64,000 nucleotides of DNA, from NCBI GenBank assembly GCA_963696295.1, contig CAVOJR010000001.1:2624001-2688000 (forward strand). The letters run 5' to 3'. Origin of the DNA: an uncultured Chlamydiae bacterium (lineage in GTDB: Bacteria; Chlamydiota; Chlamydiia; Chlamydiales; JAJFMB01). Numbering within the stretch: the first letter of the stretch is position 1; every line of letters starts with the position of its first letter. The notes under the pieces are model-generated. The model made no database searches, was not told where the DNA came from, and saw only the letters and a program-made list of their open reading frames with translations. A program made the position numbers and the translations under genes. Below, one piece after another: positions 49,200-59,070 of this stretch.

Positions 49200-50372
49200 A
49201 TGGATGTAGAAAGAGCGCGAAGAGAAACACCCGGCTGCCGGCACGTTTTGCACTTCAATAATGCCGGAGCCGCCCTGATCCCTCAACCTGTCCTGGAGGC
49301 TGTCACCCAATATCAGCTGCTCGAGGCAGAAAGAGGGGGTTATGAAGCCGCGGCCATCGAAGAGGCGAAAATCAAAAACTTCTATCAGGCGGCGGCCAAA
49401 CTGCTGAACGCTCAGCCAAATGAGATCGCCTTTCTGGAAAATGCCACACGCGCCTGGGACATGGCTTTTTATAGCCTGGAATTTAAGCCGGGCGACCGGA
49501 TCTTGACCGCGCAAGCGGAGTATGCCAGCAATTACATCGCCTTTTTGCAGGTGGCGAAGCGCACCGGAGCGGAAATTGGGGTCATACCCAATGATGAGCA
49601 GGGGCAGCTTTCTCTATCCGCTTTGGAAAAGAGTATTGACGCCAGGGTTAAGCTGATTGCGATCACGCATGTGCCTACCCAAGGCGGTTTGATCAACCCG
49701 GCTGAAGAAGTGGGAAAAATAGCCAATCAGGCCGGCATTTTTTATCTGCTCGATGCCACTCAATCGACGGGGCAGCTTCCCATTGATGTCAAAAAGATCG
49801 GCTGCGATGCGCTTTGCGCCACCGGGCGAAAATATCTCCGGGGACCGCGCGGAACGGGATTTTTGTATGTGAAGCAAAGCGTGCTTGAAAACATGGAACC
49901 CCCTTTTTTGGACCTGCATGCCGCCCAATGGACGGAGAAGAACGCCTACACCATTATGCCGGATGGACGGCGGTTTGAAACCTGGGAGACGAGCTATGCT
50001 AATAAAATCGGGCTCGCCGCCGCTATCGATTACGCCCTATCCTTCGGCATTGAGGCTATTTGGGCCCGCATCCAGCACCTCGCCGCTGAGCTTCGCGCCA
50101 GGCTTTCAGCCGTACGGGGAGTTACATTGAGGGATTTGGGACGGCATAAGTGCGGCATCGTGACCTTCACTCTGGATGGGTGGGACCCGAAGGAGCTTTG
50201 TCTCGCGTTGCGAAAAAGAGATATCAACGTGTCGGTGTCATGGCAGGAATACGCGAAATTGGACTTTGAGGCGCGCGGCCTTTCCAAGCTGGTGCGAGCC
50301 TCCGTCCATTATTATAACACTCTCGAGGAAATTGAGCGGTTTTGCCAATTTTTATTGACAAATGCCCCTTAA
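49200..50372 (+). CDS. Class V PLP-dependent aminotransferase / cysteine desulfurase-like enzyme
   Basis: HFNNAGA, LDATQSTGQ, ATGRKYLRGPRGTG, VRASVHYYNT. Confidence 0.9.
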   Translation: MDVERARRETPGCRHVLHFNNAGAALIPQPVLEAVTQYQLLEAERGGYEAAAIEEAKIKNFYQAAAKLLNAQPNEIAFLENATRAWDMAFYSLEFKPGDRILTAQAEYASNYIAFLQVAKRTGAEIGVIPNDEQGQLSLSALEKSIDARVKLIAITHVPTQGGLINPAEEVGKIANQAGIFYLLDATQSTGQLPIDVKKIGCDALCATGRKYLRGPRGTGFLYVKQSVLENMEPPFLDLHAAQWTEKNAYTIMPDGRRFETWETSYANKIGLAAAIDYALSFGIEAIWARIQHLAAELRARLSAVRGVTLRDLGRHKCGIVTFTLDGWDPKELCLALRKRDINVSVSWQEYAKLDFEARGLSKLVRASVHYYNTLEEIERFCQFLLTNAP

Positions 50373-50391
50373 ATTTTAACAATCGTGAGAT

Positions 50392-52158
50392 ATGGAAACA
50401 GAAGATTACGATCTCCTCGTGCTGGGCAGCGGCGAGGGGGGTAAGTTTATCGCCTGGACACTCGCAAAAAAAGGGCAGAAGGTCGCCGTCATTGAGCGAA
50501 AATACATCGGCGGTTCCTGCCCGAACATTGCCTGCCTTCCGAGCAAAAATTTCATTCAGAGCGCCAAAGTCGCTTCTTACTTTCTCCGCAGCGAAGAGTT
50601 TGGAATTACCAAGGACAACTGGAAAATCGATATGCAGGCCGTGCGGGAACGGAAGCGCAAAATGGTCGCGGGTCTCGTCGACATGCACCTCGATCTCTAC
50701 AAAAAAAGCGGAGCCGAGCTGATCGTCGGATCGGGCAGCTTTGTCGCGCCTAAAACGATCGAGGTGGCTTTACCTGACGGAGCGAAGCGCCGTCTGGTCG
50801 GAAAACAAGTCGTCATCAATACAGGCAGCCGCTCGAAAATCGACAATACGCCCGGCCTGGCTGAGGCGAATCCGCTGACCCACATTGAAGCCTTGGAGCT
50901 GGCCAGGATTCCCGAACATCTGCTGATCATCGGCGGCGGCTACATAGGCCTTGAGTTTGCGCAAGCGATGCGCCGGCTCGGCAGCCGGGTGACTCTTGTG
51001 GAGCGGAACGACCGCCTGGCCCACCGGGAAGATCCGGACATTTCGGAAGCTTTGCAAGAGCTTTGCCAAGACGAGGGAATCGGCGTGGTCACAAATGCTA
51101 AAATTGTGCGGGTCGAGGGAAAGTCAGGGGATGCGGTCACTCTTCACCTAAATGGCGGCACTACCCTGAAAGGCACTCATCTTCTGGTTGCCGGAGGCAG
51201 GACGGCCAACACTCAAGGCATTGGTCTTGAGCTGGCCGGGGTAGAAGTCACCGACAAGGGTTTTGTCAAAGTCAATGAGCGGCTGGAAACAACCGCGCCG
51301 CAAGTTTTTGCGATGGGCGATTGCGCCGGAAGCCCCCACTTTACCCATATTTCCTTTGACGATTTCCGCATAGTCAGGGACAATCTGGCCGGAGGCAGAA
51401 GAGTGACTACGGGGAGGCAAGTTCCCTTTTGCCTGTTCACAGACCCGGAGTTTGCCCGCGTCGGACTTAGCGAAACCGAGGCGAAAAAGCAGGGTATTGC
51501 CTATCGGCTGGCAAAGATCCCAATGAGTGATGTGCTCCGCACCCGGACCCTATCGGAGACGAGAGGTTTCATGAAAGCGCTCATCGATGCAAACAGCGAT
51601 CGCATTCTCGGCTTCACCGTTTTTGGGGCGGAGGCGGGAGAAATCATCGCCGCTGTCCAGGTCGCTATGCTAGCCGGTCTGCCCTATACGGCTTTGCGCG
51701 ACGCGATCTTTACCCATCCTACTATGCTGGAGGGGCTTATCCCTCTCTTTTCCTCACTGCAGCCTTTAAAGCCGGATGAAAACGGCATCGCTTCCCTTCC
51801 AAGCCCCTACTCTTACAGCGCTACAGTATCTAAGCTGAAAACAGCCATTGAAAGCAAAGGGTTGACTCTTTTTGCAGAAATCGATCATGCCGCCGGGGCT
51901 AAAGAGTCAGGTTTGCAGATGCAGCCGGCTCTCGTACTTATCTTTGGCACGGCAAAAGCCGGCACTCCTCTCATGGCGGCAAATCCGCTGCTCGCCCTCG
52001 ATCTTCCCCTCAAAGTCCTGATTTGGGAAGATAGCGATAAGAAAGTTTCCGTGAGTTACAACTCCCCTCAATTCCTGGCCGCGCGCTATGCGATCCCGGC
52101 AGGCCTGTTGAAAAATATTTCCGGCGTGGAAGGGCTTGTCAAAACGGCGCTTGCTTAA
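50392..52158 (+). CDS. Pyridine nucleotide-disulfide oxidoreductase (RclA/MerA-like) fused to DUF302-like domain
   Basis: GGSCPNIACLPSK, GGGYIGLE, HPTMLE; tail with FAEIDHAAGA, LIFG..KAGTPLM, LDLPLKVLIWED. Confidence 0.88.
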   Translation: METEDYDLLVLGSGEGGKFIAWTLAKKGQKVAVIERKYIGGSCPNIACLPSKNFIQSAKVASYFLRSEEFGITKDNWKIDMQAVRERKRKMVAGLVDMHLDLYKKSGAELIVGSGSFVAPKTIEVALPDGAKRRLVGKQVVINTGSRSKIDNTPGLAEANPLTHIEALELARIPEHLLIIGGGYIGLEFAQAMRRLGSRVTLVERNDRLAHREDPDISEALQELCQDEGIGVVTNAKIVRVEGKSGDAVTLHLNGGTTLKGTHLLVAGGRTANTQGIGLELAGVEVTDKGFVKVNERLETTAPQVFAMGDCAGSPHFTHISFDDFRIVRDNLAGGRRVTTGRQVPFCLFTDPEFARVGLSETEAKKQGIAYRLAKIPMSDVLRTRTLSETRGFMKALIDANSDRILGFTVFGAEAGEIIAAVQVAMLAGLPYTALRDAIFTHPTMLEGLIPLFSSLQPLKPDENGIASLPSPYSYSATVSKLKTAIESKGLTLFAEIDHAAGAKESGLQMQPALVLIFGTAKAGTPLMAANPLLALDLPLKVLIWEDSDKKVSVSYNSPQFLAARYAIPAGLLKNISGVEGLVKTALA

Positions 52159-52610
52159 ATTTGGAGCAGCTCTTTAATTTCTTCCATTAATTTTTGGGTG
52201 TCCTGGATTGTTTTGGGAACGACAAAAATCGTGTCGTCACCCGCAATAGTCCCCAATATTCCCGTCGCAATTTGATTGTAATCGAGCAGGCGGGCTACCA
52301 TGGATGCCGATCCCGGACTGGTAAAGATCACGACCATGGCTTCATTTGACATCACATTAAAAATCAAATCTTTCAGAGGTGTGTTCATCGAAGGGGGAGC
52401 CGGCTCCCTTGCCAGGGAATAAACCGCTTGTCCCTTTTCATTGACTACCTTGACCGCCCCGATCTTCCGCAGCAGCCTGGAAGCCTTCGACTGGTTGATA
52501 TCATAGCCGAGCTGTTCTAAAGCCGAGCAAATATCCTCCTGTGTGCTGGCCTTTCGACCCATCAACAGCAGGCGCAGCGCGGAAATCAGATTTTGAGCGT
52601 CTTTAGCCAT
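52155..52610 (-). CDS. argR: Arginine repressor
   Basis: TQEDI..L...G..INQSKASR, GTIAGDDTIFV. Confidence 0.93.
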   Translation of the reverse strand: MAKDAQNLISALRLLLMGRKASTQEDICSALEQLGYDINQSKASRLLRKIGAVKVVNEKGQAVYSLAREPAPPSMNTPLKDLIFNVMSNEAMVVIFTSPGSASMVARLLDYNQIATGILGTIAGDDTIFVVPKTIQDTQKLMEEIKELLQI

Positions 52611-52723
52611 GATCCATCCTTTGCCGCATGTTACCAAACACGTAAATTTAAAGACAATAATAATTTAATTGAAATAAATTCTAAAAAATAGTATAATTAC
52701 ATTATTAACTAGAGGGGTTTATT

Positions 52724-53239
52724 ATGATTTCGTTTCATGGTGGATATCAGGAACTTCCCAAAGATGTGGCTTCAGATGAATTCGATTTGACGACACTCGA
52801 CCAATATTTTGAGGAATGGAAAAAGAAGGCCGCCTCCAAAAATATTAATATCGATGGTTACACATACTTTTATTTGGCAGCAAAGGCTGGCGGAGAAGCG
52901 TTGCGCGATCCTAAAACACTGCGTCTGCCCAAAGCCACCTTCGAAAATCAGAAGAAAGTGCGCACCATGGTGGTGAACAACATCATATACAGAATCGCCC
53001 TGAGCGAGATCGAGGAAACGGAAAAAGCGGCCTTGGCCGACCCCCGTTTCAAAAAATTGAGCTCTGAGATAAAAGATGATGCCAAGTACTTACGCAGGAT
53101 GCTTTCACCGAAGCCCTCGGCAGATGAACCCGATCGGTTAGCTGAACATCCCATTGTGGCGGAAAGCCGCTATTACAGAATGAACAGCGAACTTAAGCGT
53201 ATAACCGAGAAAGTGCTGGACAAAATTTCCGGCGTTTAA
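52724..53239 (+). CDS. Hypothetical protein
   Basis: 171-aa ORF with GAGG RBS and AT-rich upstream promoter-like region. Confidence 0.65.
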   Translation: MISFHGGYQELPKDVASDEFDLTTLDQYFEEWKKKAASKNINIDGYTYFYLAAKAGGEALRDPKTLRLPKATFENQKKVRTMVVNNIIYRIALSEIEETEKAALADPRFKKLSSEIKDDAKYLRRMLSPKPSADEPDRLAEHPIVAESRYYRMNSELKRITEKVLDKISGV

Positions 53240-53297
53240 GGCCGTTCTATAGGTTAGCGTTGTAGACAAAAAGATGTCTTCACGCTAACATCCGGTT

Positions 53298-54674
53298 ATG
53301 ATGAGTAACTTCAATACATTGAGCGAAGCGGCAATCACTCAGGAAAATATCCATGACTATGTCGAACAGCTGAACACCCTGCCCGTGCGCGATCTGGTCG
53401 ATCTGATCGAACACTATTCGTATGGAAAAAGGTTGTTGATTTTCAACGCCTTATCCCAAGAAAAGGCTGTGCGTGTTTTCGAATACCTCTCTCCTCCCAT
53501 TCAGAAGGGAATTTTGCTTGCGATGCCCTCGGAGCGTGTGGCCTATCTGCTGAACTTTATGTCCCCCGACGACCGCACAGCGCTCCTGCAGGAACTGCCC
53601 GATGATCTCAAAAATCAGCTGCTCAAGTATTTATCGCCCGTCGAAAGAGCGATGACCACAAAACTTCTCGGCTATCCCGAGAATAGCGTGGGAAGGCTGA
53701 TGACCCCCGACTACCTGGCCATCAAAATGGATTGGACGGTGCGGGAGGTTTTGGATTACATCAGGGAGAAGGGGCGGGACAGCGAGACGATCAACGTCAT
53801 CTATGCTGTGGATGATCAAGGCGTTTTGCTCGATGATTTTAATATTCGCGAATTCTTATTTGCATCGTTAGATACTAAGGTTAAGGATCTCGCCGACAAT
53901 AAGTTTATATGTTTGCGGGTAGATGAGGATGAAGAGACCGCTGTGAGCCTTTTCAGAAAACATGAGCGCGTCGCTTTACCGGTTGTGGATGCGAAAGGGG
54001 TTCTGCTCGGAATCGTTACCTTTGACGACATTATGGCTGTCGCTGTACGGGAAGACACTGAGGATATGCAGAAAATCGGGGGTGTCGCCGCCTTAAACCG
54101 CCCCTATATGGAAGTCCCTCTTTTTACCTTATTCCGCAAGAGGATAGGGTGGTTGGTGATTCTATTCGTGGGAGAGATGTTTACGGCCACAGCCTTAGGG
54201 TATTTTGAAGATGAGATTTCCAAAGCCGTGGTGCTGGCCCTCTTTCTTCCCCTGATCATTTCCAGCGGCGGTAATGCCGGGTCGCAGGCGTCGACTTTGA
54301 TTATTCGCGCGATGGCTCTTGGAGAAGTAAAGCTCAGGGATTGGTGGAGAGTGATGCGGCGGGAACTTATCTGCGGCCTTTTGTTAGGGGTGGCCTTAGG
54401 ACTCATAGGCTTTTTCCGCATCGCCTTGTGGAGTCTATTCTCCACCATGTACGGCGCTCATTCTTTTCTAGTGGCTGTCACGATATTTTTGGCCCTGATC
54501 GGCGTGGTGTTGTGGGGCTCGCTGATGGGTTCGATGCTGCCATTGATCTTAAAGAAGTGCGGGTTGGATCCCGCGGTCTCTTCCGCCCCCTTTGTGGCCA
54601 CCCTGGTGGATGTGACCGGGCTTGTGATCTATTTTACGATAGCGATTTTTGTCTTACACGGGACATTGCTTTAA
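53298..54674 (+). CDS. mgtE: Magnesium transporter MgtE
   Basis: MSPDDR, CBS pair, GGNAGSQ, DPAVSSAPFVATLVDVTG. Confidence 0.96.
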   Translation: MMSNFNTLSEAAITQENIHDYVEQLNTLPVRDLVDLIEHYSYGKRLLIFNALSQEKAVRVFEYLSPPIQKGILLAMPSERVAYLLNFMSPDDRTALLQELPDDLKNQLLKYLSPVERAMTTKLLGYPENSVGRLMTPDYLAIKMDWTVREVLDYIREKGRDSETINVIYAVDDQGVLLDDFNIREFLFASLDTKVKDLADNKFICLRVDEDEETAVSLFRKHERVALPVVDAKGVLLGIVTFDDIMAVAVREDTEDMQKIGGVAALNRPYMEVPLFTLFRKRIGWLVILFVGEMFTATALGYFEDEISKAVVLALFLPLIISSGGNAGSQASTLIIRAMALGEVKLRDWWRVMRRELICGLLLGVALGLIGFFRIALWSLFSTMYGAHSFLVAVTIFLALIGVVLWGSLMGSMLPLILKKCGLDPAVSSAPFVATLVDVTGLVIYFTIAIFVLHGTLL

Positions 54675-54675
54675 A

Positions 54676-55005
54676 ATGGTTGAGAAGAAACCTTTATCTA
54701 AGCGCTTATTTTATAAGCGGTTAAGAAATAGTGTGATTGCCGGGTCGGCTATTATGCTGCTTTCGCTTGGCGCCGGGATGCTGGGTTACCACCATTATGA
54801 AAAAATGACGTGGATCGACGCCTATGTCAATGCCGCGATGATATTATCGGGAATGGGGCCTGTGGGTAATTTACAAACTGATGGGGGCAAAATCTTCGCC
54901 GGATCCTATGCTCTTTTTAGCGGGATCATTTTTCTGGTAGCAGCGGCTGTCGTATTCGCTCCGGTCCTGCATCATTTCGTTCGTCAGTTCAATCTAGAGG
55001 AATAG
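54676..55005 (+). CDS. Small membrane protein with ion-channel-like 2TM segment
   Basis: GMLGYHHYEKMTWIDAYVNAAMILSGMGP..GKIFAGSYALFSG. Confidence 0.75.
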   Translation: MVEKKPLSKRLFYKRLRNSVIAGSAIMLLSLGAGMLGYHHYEKMTWIDAYVNAAMILSGMGPVGNLQTDGGKIFAGSYALFSGIIFLVAAAVVFAPVLHHFVRQFNLEE

Positions 55006-55113
55006 ATTGAATATCAACAAGATGTAAAATAGATACTAAATAATTTAATATTATGCAATAATTAACTTCAGTAGTCGATGTTGGCTGCTTTTTTGTAATA
55101 AAAGGAGTTATTC

Positions 55114-55491
55114 ATGAATAAACTAATATATATTTGTTTTCTTAGTTTGCCTGTCCTTACGTTTGCCTGCGGGGGAAGCAACAGCAACAATATGAGCCAG
55201 AACAATATTGCAGCTCAGCCATATGTGGCAGATGAAACGACTAAACCTTTAAGCGATGACGATTTAAGAGATAAAATTAAAGACAAGCTGGCTACGGGCT
55301 GGTTCGGCAAAACCTTCAGCGATGTCGACGTAGATGTGATCGACGGCGTTGTGACTATCAGCGGTACGGTGGAAACCGATCAAGACAAACAGGATGTGGA
55401 AAAGAAAGTAAAAGAATTTCCTGAAGTGAGTAAAGTGAACAATCAATTGCAAGTCGCCCCAGCGAAAACACCTGCTACAAGCAACGCTTAA
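55114..55491 (+). CDS. BON domain lipoprotein
   Basis: LTFAC lipobox; DVDVIDGVVTISGTV...VSKVNNQLQV. Confidence 0.88.
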   Translation: MNKLIYICFLSLPVLTFACGGSNSNNMSQNNIAAQPYVADETTKPLSDDDLRDKIKDKLATGWFGKTFSDVDVDVIDGVVTISGTVETDQDKQDVEKKVKEFPEVSKVNNQLQVAPAKTPATSNA

Positions 55492-55494
55492 CGT

Positions 55495-55872
55495 TCAAGG
55501 ATCGCAGCAAGCCCTTTTGCTGCGATCTCTATCCCTCTTGACCTTCTGCACCATTTTTTCCATCTCTTCCAGCTCTTCATCCGACAGCTCCGATTCTATA
55601 AGATGGCTCAGCAGAACGGAAGGTTTGATTCCAAAGAATTTTTTTAGCTTTATCAGGAATGTAGGGGAATTCGAACCCAGCCAATAGGTATACTGAAGGC
55701 CGGTTTTTTCTCTTTCCAGCTGCTTTTTGGCCGCCAGCCGGCTCATCACCGTCATAACAGTATTATAACTGCCTCCCAAGGCAGCATGGACTTCTTTTAC
55801 GGTTTTCCTTTCACCGGTTCTCAGGAAGTGCAGAATTTCTGCTTCCAATTCTCCAAAAGCTCGTTTCGTCAT
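55495..55872 (-). CDS. BlaI/MecI/CopY family repressor
   Basis: FGELEAEIL, TVKEV, YNTVMTVMSRL..K. Confidence 0.88.
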   Translation of the reverse strand: MTKRAFGELEAEILHFLRTGERKTVKEVHAALGGSYNTVMTVMSRLAAKKQLEREKTGLQYTYWLGSNSPTFLIKLKKFFGIKPSVLLSHLIESELSDEELEEMEKMVQKVKRDRDRSKRACCDP

Positions 55873-55921
55873 AGGGGGATACTACTACAAACGTAGTGGC
55901 AAAGCAAGTAAAATATATTAG

Positions 55922-55951
55922 TTGACACTATCTTAAAAATATTGTTATTAA
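55922..55951 (+). promoter_or_regulatory. Putative sigma70-type promoter of the nuo operon
   Basis: TTGACA at 55922 and TG-T-TATTAA at 55943-55951, upstream of GGAGG RBS of nuoA. Confidence 0.5.
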
Positions 55952-55977
55952 AGGTACTTTAGCAAACTTTCGGAGGC

Positions 55978-56340
55978 ATGGCTTTGTCAAGCTTACTTTC
56001 AGTGTATGTTTACTTGGGGTTGGTTCTGCTGGTCACCTTGATCGTCTTAGGCGTTTCCTCATTATATTCTTCAGCAAAATCGACTAAGATCAAGTACCTG
56101 CCTTACGAATCGGGCATTCAAACCAAAACGCATCTGCTTCAGGAGCGCTTCCCGATGCGACACTATCTGGTCGCTTTGCTGTTTCTGGTTTTCGATATCG
56201 AAGTGATTTTTCTCTATCCCTGGGCCGTCATTGGAAAAGCGATCGGCCCATTTGCTTTTTATGAGATGCTTTTTTTCTTAATCGCGATTTTGATTGGATT
56301 TGCCTACATTTGGCGTAAAGGAGGATTGGAATGGGAGTGA
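55978..56340 (+). CDS. nuoA: NADH-quinone oxidoreductase subunit A
   Basis: [28 protein letters not shown]. Confidence 0.96.
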   Translation: MALSSLLSVYVYLGLVLLVTLIVLGVSSLYSSAKSTKIKYLPYESGIQTKTHLLQERFPMRHYLVALLFLVFDIEVIFLYPWAVIGKAIGPFAFYEMLFFLIAILIGFAYIWRKGGLEWE

Positions 56341-56843
56341 CACCGCAAGAAAGAACCCCTTTTTTGTTTGCTCCATTAGAGATGCTGATCAACTGGGCGC
56401 GCGAAAGCTCCCTTTGGCCGGCTCAGTTTGGCCTCGCCTGCTGCGCGATCGAGATGATGTCGACAGCCGCCAGCCGCTACGACGTCTCCCGCTTTGGCAT
56501 GGAGGTGTTCCGCGCCTCGCCCCGACAAAGCGATGTGATGATCGTCGCCGGACGGGTCAGTCAAAAGATGGCGCCCGCCTTAAGAACTATCTACGACCAG
56601 ATGCTGGAACCCAAGTGGGTGGTGGCGATGGGAGACTGCGCATCGAGCGGCGGCATTTACAATAACTACGCTATTGTGCAAGGGGTCGATAAGATTGTCC
56701 CTGTGGATGTTTACGTTGCCGGCTGCCCGCCCCGCCCTGAAGCCTTGCTGGATGGTTTGATCATGCTCCAGCAGAAAATTAAGACCGAGCAACCTCTCGC
56801 AGATTTGTGGAGCAAAAAAAAGAGGGAATATGAAAACGGTTGA
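56331..56843 (+). CDS. nuoB: NADH-quinone oxidoreductase subunit B
   Basis: [23 protein letters not shown]. Confidence 0.97.
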   Translation: MGVTPQERTPFLFAPLEMLINWARESSLWPAQFGLACCAIEMMSTAASRYDVSRFGMEVFRASPRQSDVMIVAGRVSQKMAPALRTIYDQMLEPKWVVAMGDCASSGGIYNNYAIVQGVDKIVPVDVYVAGCPPRPEALLDGLIMLQQKIKTEQPLADLWSKKKREYENG

Positions 56844-57384
56844 AGCGGTAGAGGCCTACAAAAAAGTGGGCGCTTTGATTTCTGAGAAAGAGATGTATGG
56901 CGAAATCACCATCGAGGTGGCCAAAGAGGATTTGCTTAAGGCGCTCAACTTTTTCAGAAAAGAGTATGAAGTGTTAATGGATTTGACCGGAGTCGATTAT
57001 CTCGCTCCGAAAAAAAGCACCAAAGTCGTTTACTGGCTGCAAAACCCGACGAACTTCGAGCGTTTGCGCGTTGTGGTTTTTGCCGACCGCGATGAAATGC
57101 TGCCCTCGGCGACAGGGCTTTGGAATGGGGCCGACTGGTATGAGAGGGAGCTTTATGATTTATTCGGGGTGAGATTTCACGGCCATCCCGATCTGAAGCG
57201 GATTTTGATGCCGGATGACTGGATAGGCCATCCTTTGCGCCGCGACTACGCGCTGACCGAGGAACCGGTGGAGTTCAAACATGGCGTGCAGCCCAAAGTG
57301 CCTTCTGAAATTATCCCCAATGTGCGCAGTGAAAATTGTTTTAACCAGCTAGGAACTTATGCCAAAAGCCATCAAAAACCTTGA
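56830..57384 (+). CDS. nuoC: NADH-quinone oxidoreductase subunit C
   Basis: [40 protein letters not shown]. Confidence 0.96.
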   Translation: MKTVEAVEAYKKVGALISEKEMYGEITIEVAKEDLLKALNFFRKEYEVLMDLTGVDYLAPKKSTKVVYWLQNPTNFERLRVVVFADRDEMLPSATGLWNGADWYERELYDLFGVRFHGHPDLKRILMPDDWIGHPLRRDYALTEEPVEFKHGVQPKVPSEIIPNVRSENCFNQLGTYAKSHQKP

Positions 57385-58564
57385 TAAGCTAGGAATTACA
57401 GGCGATGTCATGGAGCTCAATCTTGGGCCTCAGCACCCTTCGACGCACGGTGTTTTGCGGATCAAGCTTCGCCTCGACGGAGAGCTGATCCTTTCGGCCG
57501 AGCCTGTCATCGGCTACCTGCACACCGGCATTGAAAAAGAGTGCGAGACAAGAACGTATCATCAAATTTTTACCCTCGTCGACCGCCTCGATTACTTGTC
57601 GGGACCGGCCGAAGAGCAGGCTTATGCGCAGACAGTAGAAAAGCTCATGGGCATTGAAGTGCCCGAGCGGGCCCAGACGATCCGGCTCATCCTTTTGGAG
57701 CTGGCCCGTATTTCCAGCCACTTGATTTGGGTCGGAACGAGCGCGCTTGAGCTGAACATGTCATCCGTTTATATGTACTGCTTCGCCGAGCGGGAAAAAA
57801 TCCTCGACCTTTTCGAGGCGCTCTCCGGAGCCAGGATGTTTCCCTCCTACTGGCGGATCGGCGGACTGCATCGCGATTTGAATCCCGAGTTTGAAGCCCG
57901 CACAAAAGCCTTTTTGAAAAGCTTTCCCGCTACCTGGAAAGATCTGAACAATTTGTTGACCAATAATTACGTCTGGTGCGAGCGCTTAAAGGATGTTGCG
58001 ATCATCGATAAAGAGCTTTGCCACCAGTATATGTGCACAGGGCCCGTTATCCGCGGCGCCGGCGTCCCTTACGATATCCGCAAAGTTTATCCCTATCTTG
58101 GTTATGAAAATTACCGCTTTGATGTGCCGACCTATCCGGAAGGGGATTCTTACGCCCGTTATCTGGTGCGCATGGAAGAGATGCTCCAAAGCGCTTCGCT
58201 CGTCCAGCAGGGATTGGATAAATTAACCCCGGGTCCCATTATCACAAAGGACCGGAAAGTCGCTTTGCCCCCGCGCGCGGAGCTTGCGCGCAGCATGGAA
58301 GCGGTGATCCATCAATTCAAGTTAGTCAGCGAAGGACTCCATCCTCCGGCCGGCGAGCTTTACACCTGTGTGGAATCCGCCCGCGGCGAGCTCGGGTATT
58401 ATCTCGTCAGCGATGGAGGCAACCGCCCCCACCGGCTGCGCGTGCGTTCCCCCTCTTTCCCTCACGTTGAGGTGTTGAAAGAGGTGATACCGGGACATAT
58501 TTTATCAGACGTAATCGTAGCGATCGCCAGTGTCGATCCCATATTAGGAGACGTAGATCGCTGA
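57359..58564 (+). CDS. nuoD: NADH-quinone oxidoreductase subunit D
   Basis: GPQHPSTHGVLR, DRLDY, ESARGE, GDVDR. Confidence 0.97.
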   Translation: MPKAIKNLDKLGITGDVMELNLGPQHPSTHGVLRIKLRLDGELILSAEPVIGYLHTGIEKECETRTYHQIFTLVDRLDYLSGPAEEQAYAQTVEKLMGIEVPERAQTIRLILLELARISSHLIWVGTSALELNMSSVYMYCFAEREKILDLFEALSGARMFPSYWRIGGLHRDLNPEFEARTKAFLKSFPATWKDLNNLLTNNYVWCERLKDVAIIDKELCHQYMCTGPVIRGAGVPYDIRKVYPYLGYENYRFDVPTYPEGDSYARYLVRMEEMLQSASLVQQGLDKLTPGPIITKDRKVALPPRAELARSMEAVIHQFKLVSEGLHPPAGELYTCVESARGELGYYLVSDGGNRPHRLRVRSPSFPHVEVLKEVIPGHILSDVIVAIASVDPILGDVDR

Positions 58565-59070
58565 TGCTTAGTGAAAAATCAAAAAAAGCCATTTTGGAAT
58601 TGCAGAAACGATATCCGGAAAAGCGTTCGGCGCTGATACCGGCCCTGCACCTCGCTCAAGCGGAAAAAGGGTATTTGCCAAGTGAAATACAAAACGAGGT
58701 GGCAGAGCTTTTTGACATTGCCCTCAATGAAGTGCATAGCGTTGTCACTTTTTACGATATGTTTCATGAGGAACCGGTCGGAAAGCACATCGTGCATATC
58801 TGCAAGAACGCCTCCTGCATGCTGCGGGGAGGGGATGAGCTCATGGCCGCCCTTTGCCAAAAATTGCGCGTTCCCCCTGGAGGCACTACGGCTGATGGAG
58901 AATTTACGGTGATTCCAAGCGAGTGTTTGGCCAGCTGCGATTTGGCGCCCATGATGCTGGTTGATGATAAGGTCGTCGGTCCTGTGAAGCCTGAGGATCT
59001 CGAGAAAATTTTAGAGACCGCAAAAAAAGGTCCCGGACACCCGGCTCCGGTGGAGGTGGATCATGGCTGA
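58564..59070 (+). CDS. nuoE: NADH-quinone oxidoreductase subunit E
   Basis: VTFYDMF, CKNASC, ECLASC. Confidence 0.96.
   Translation: MLSEKSKKAILELQKRYPEKRSALIPALHLAQAEKGYLPSEIQNEVAELFDIALNEVHSVVTFYDMFHEEPVGKHIVHICKNASCMLRGGDELMAALCQKLRVPPGGTTADGEFTVIPSECLASCDLAPMMLVDDKVVGPVKPEDLEKILETAKKGPGHPAPVEVDHG

Noticed and set aside
50392..52158. Mercury resistance gene merA
   Set aside because: No C-terminal Cys-Cys pair, no N-terminal HMA domain and no mer operon context
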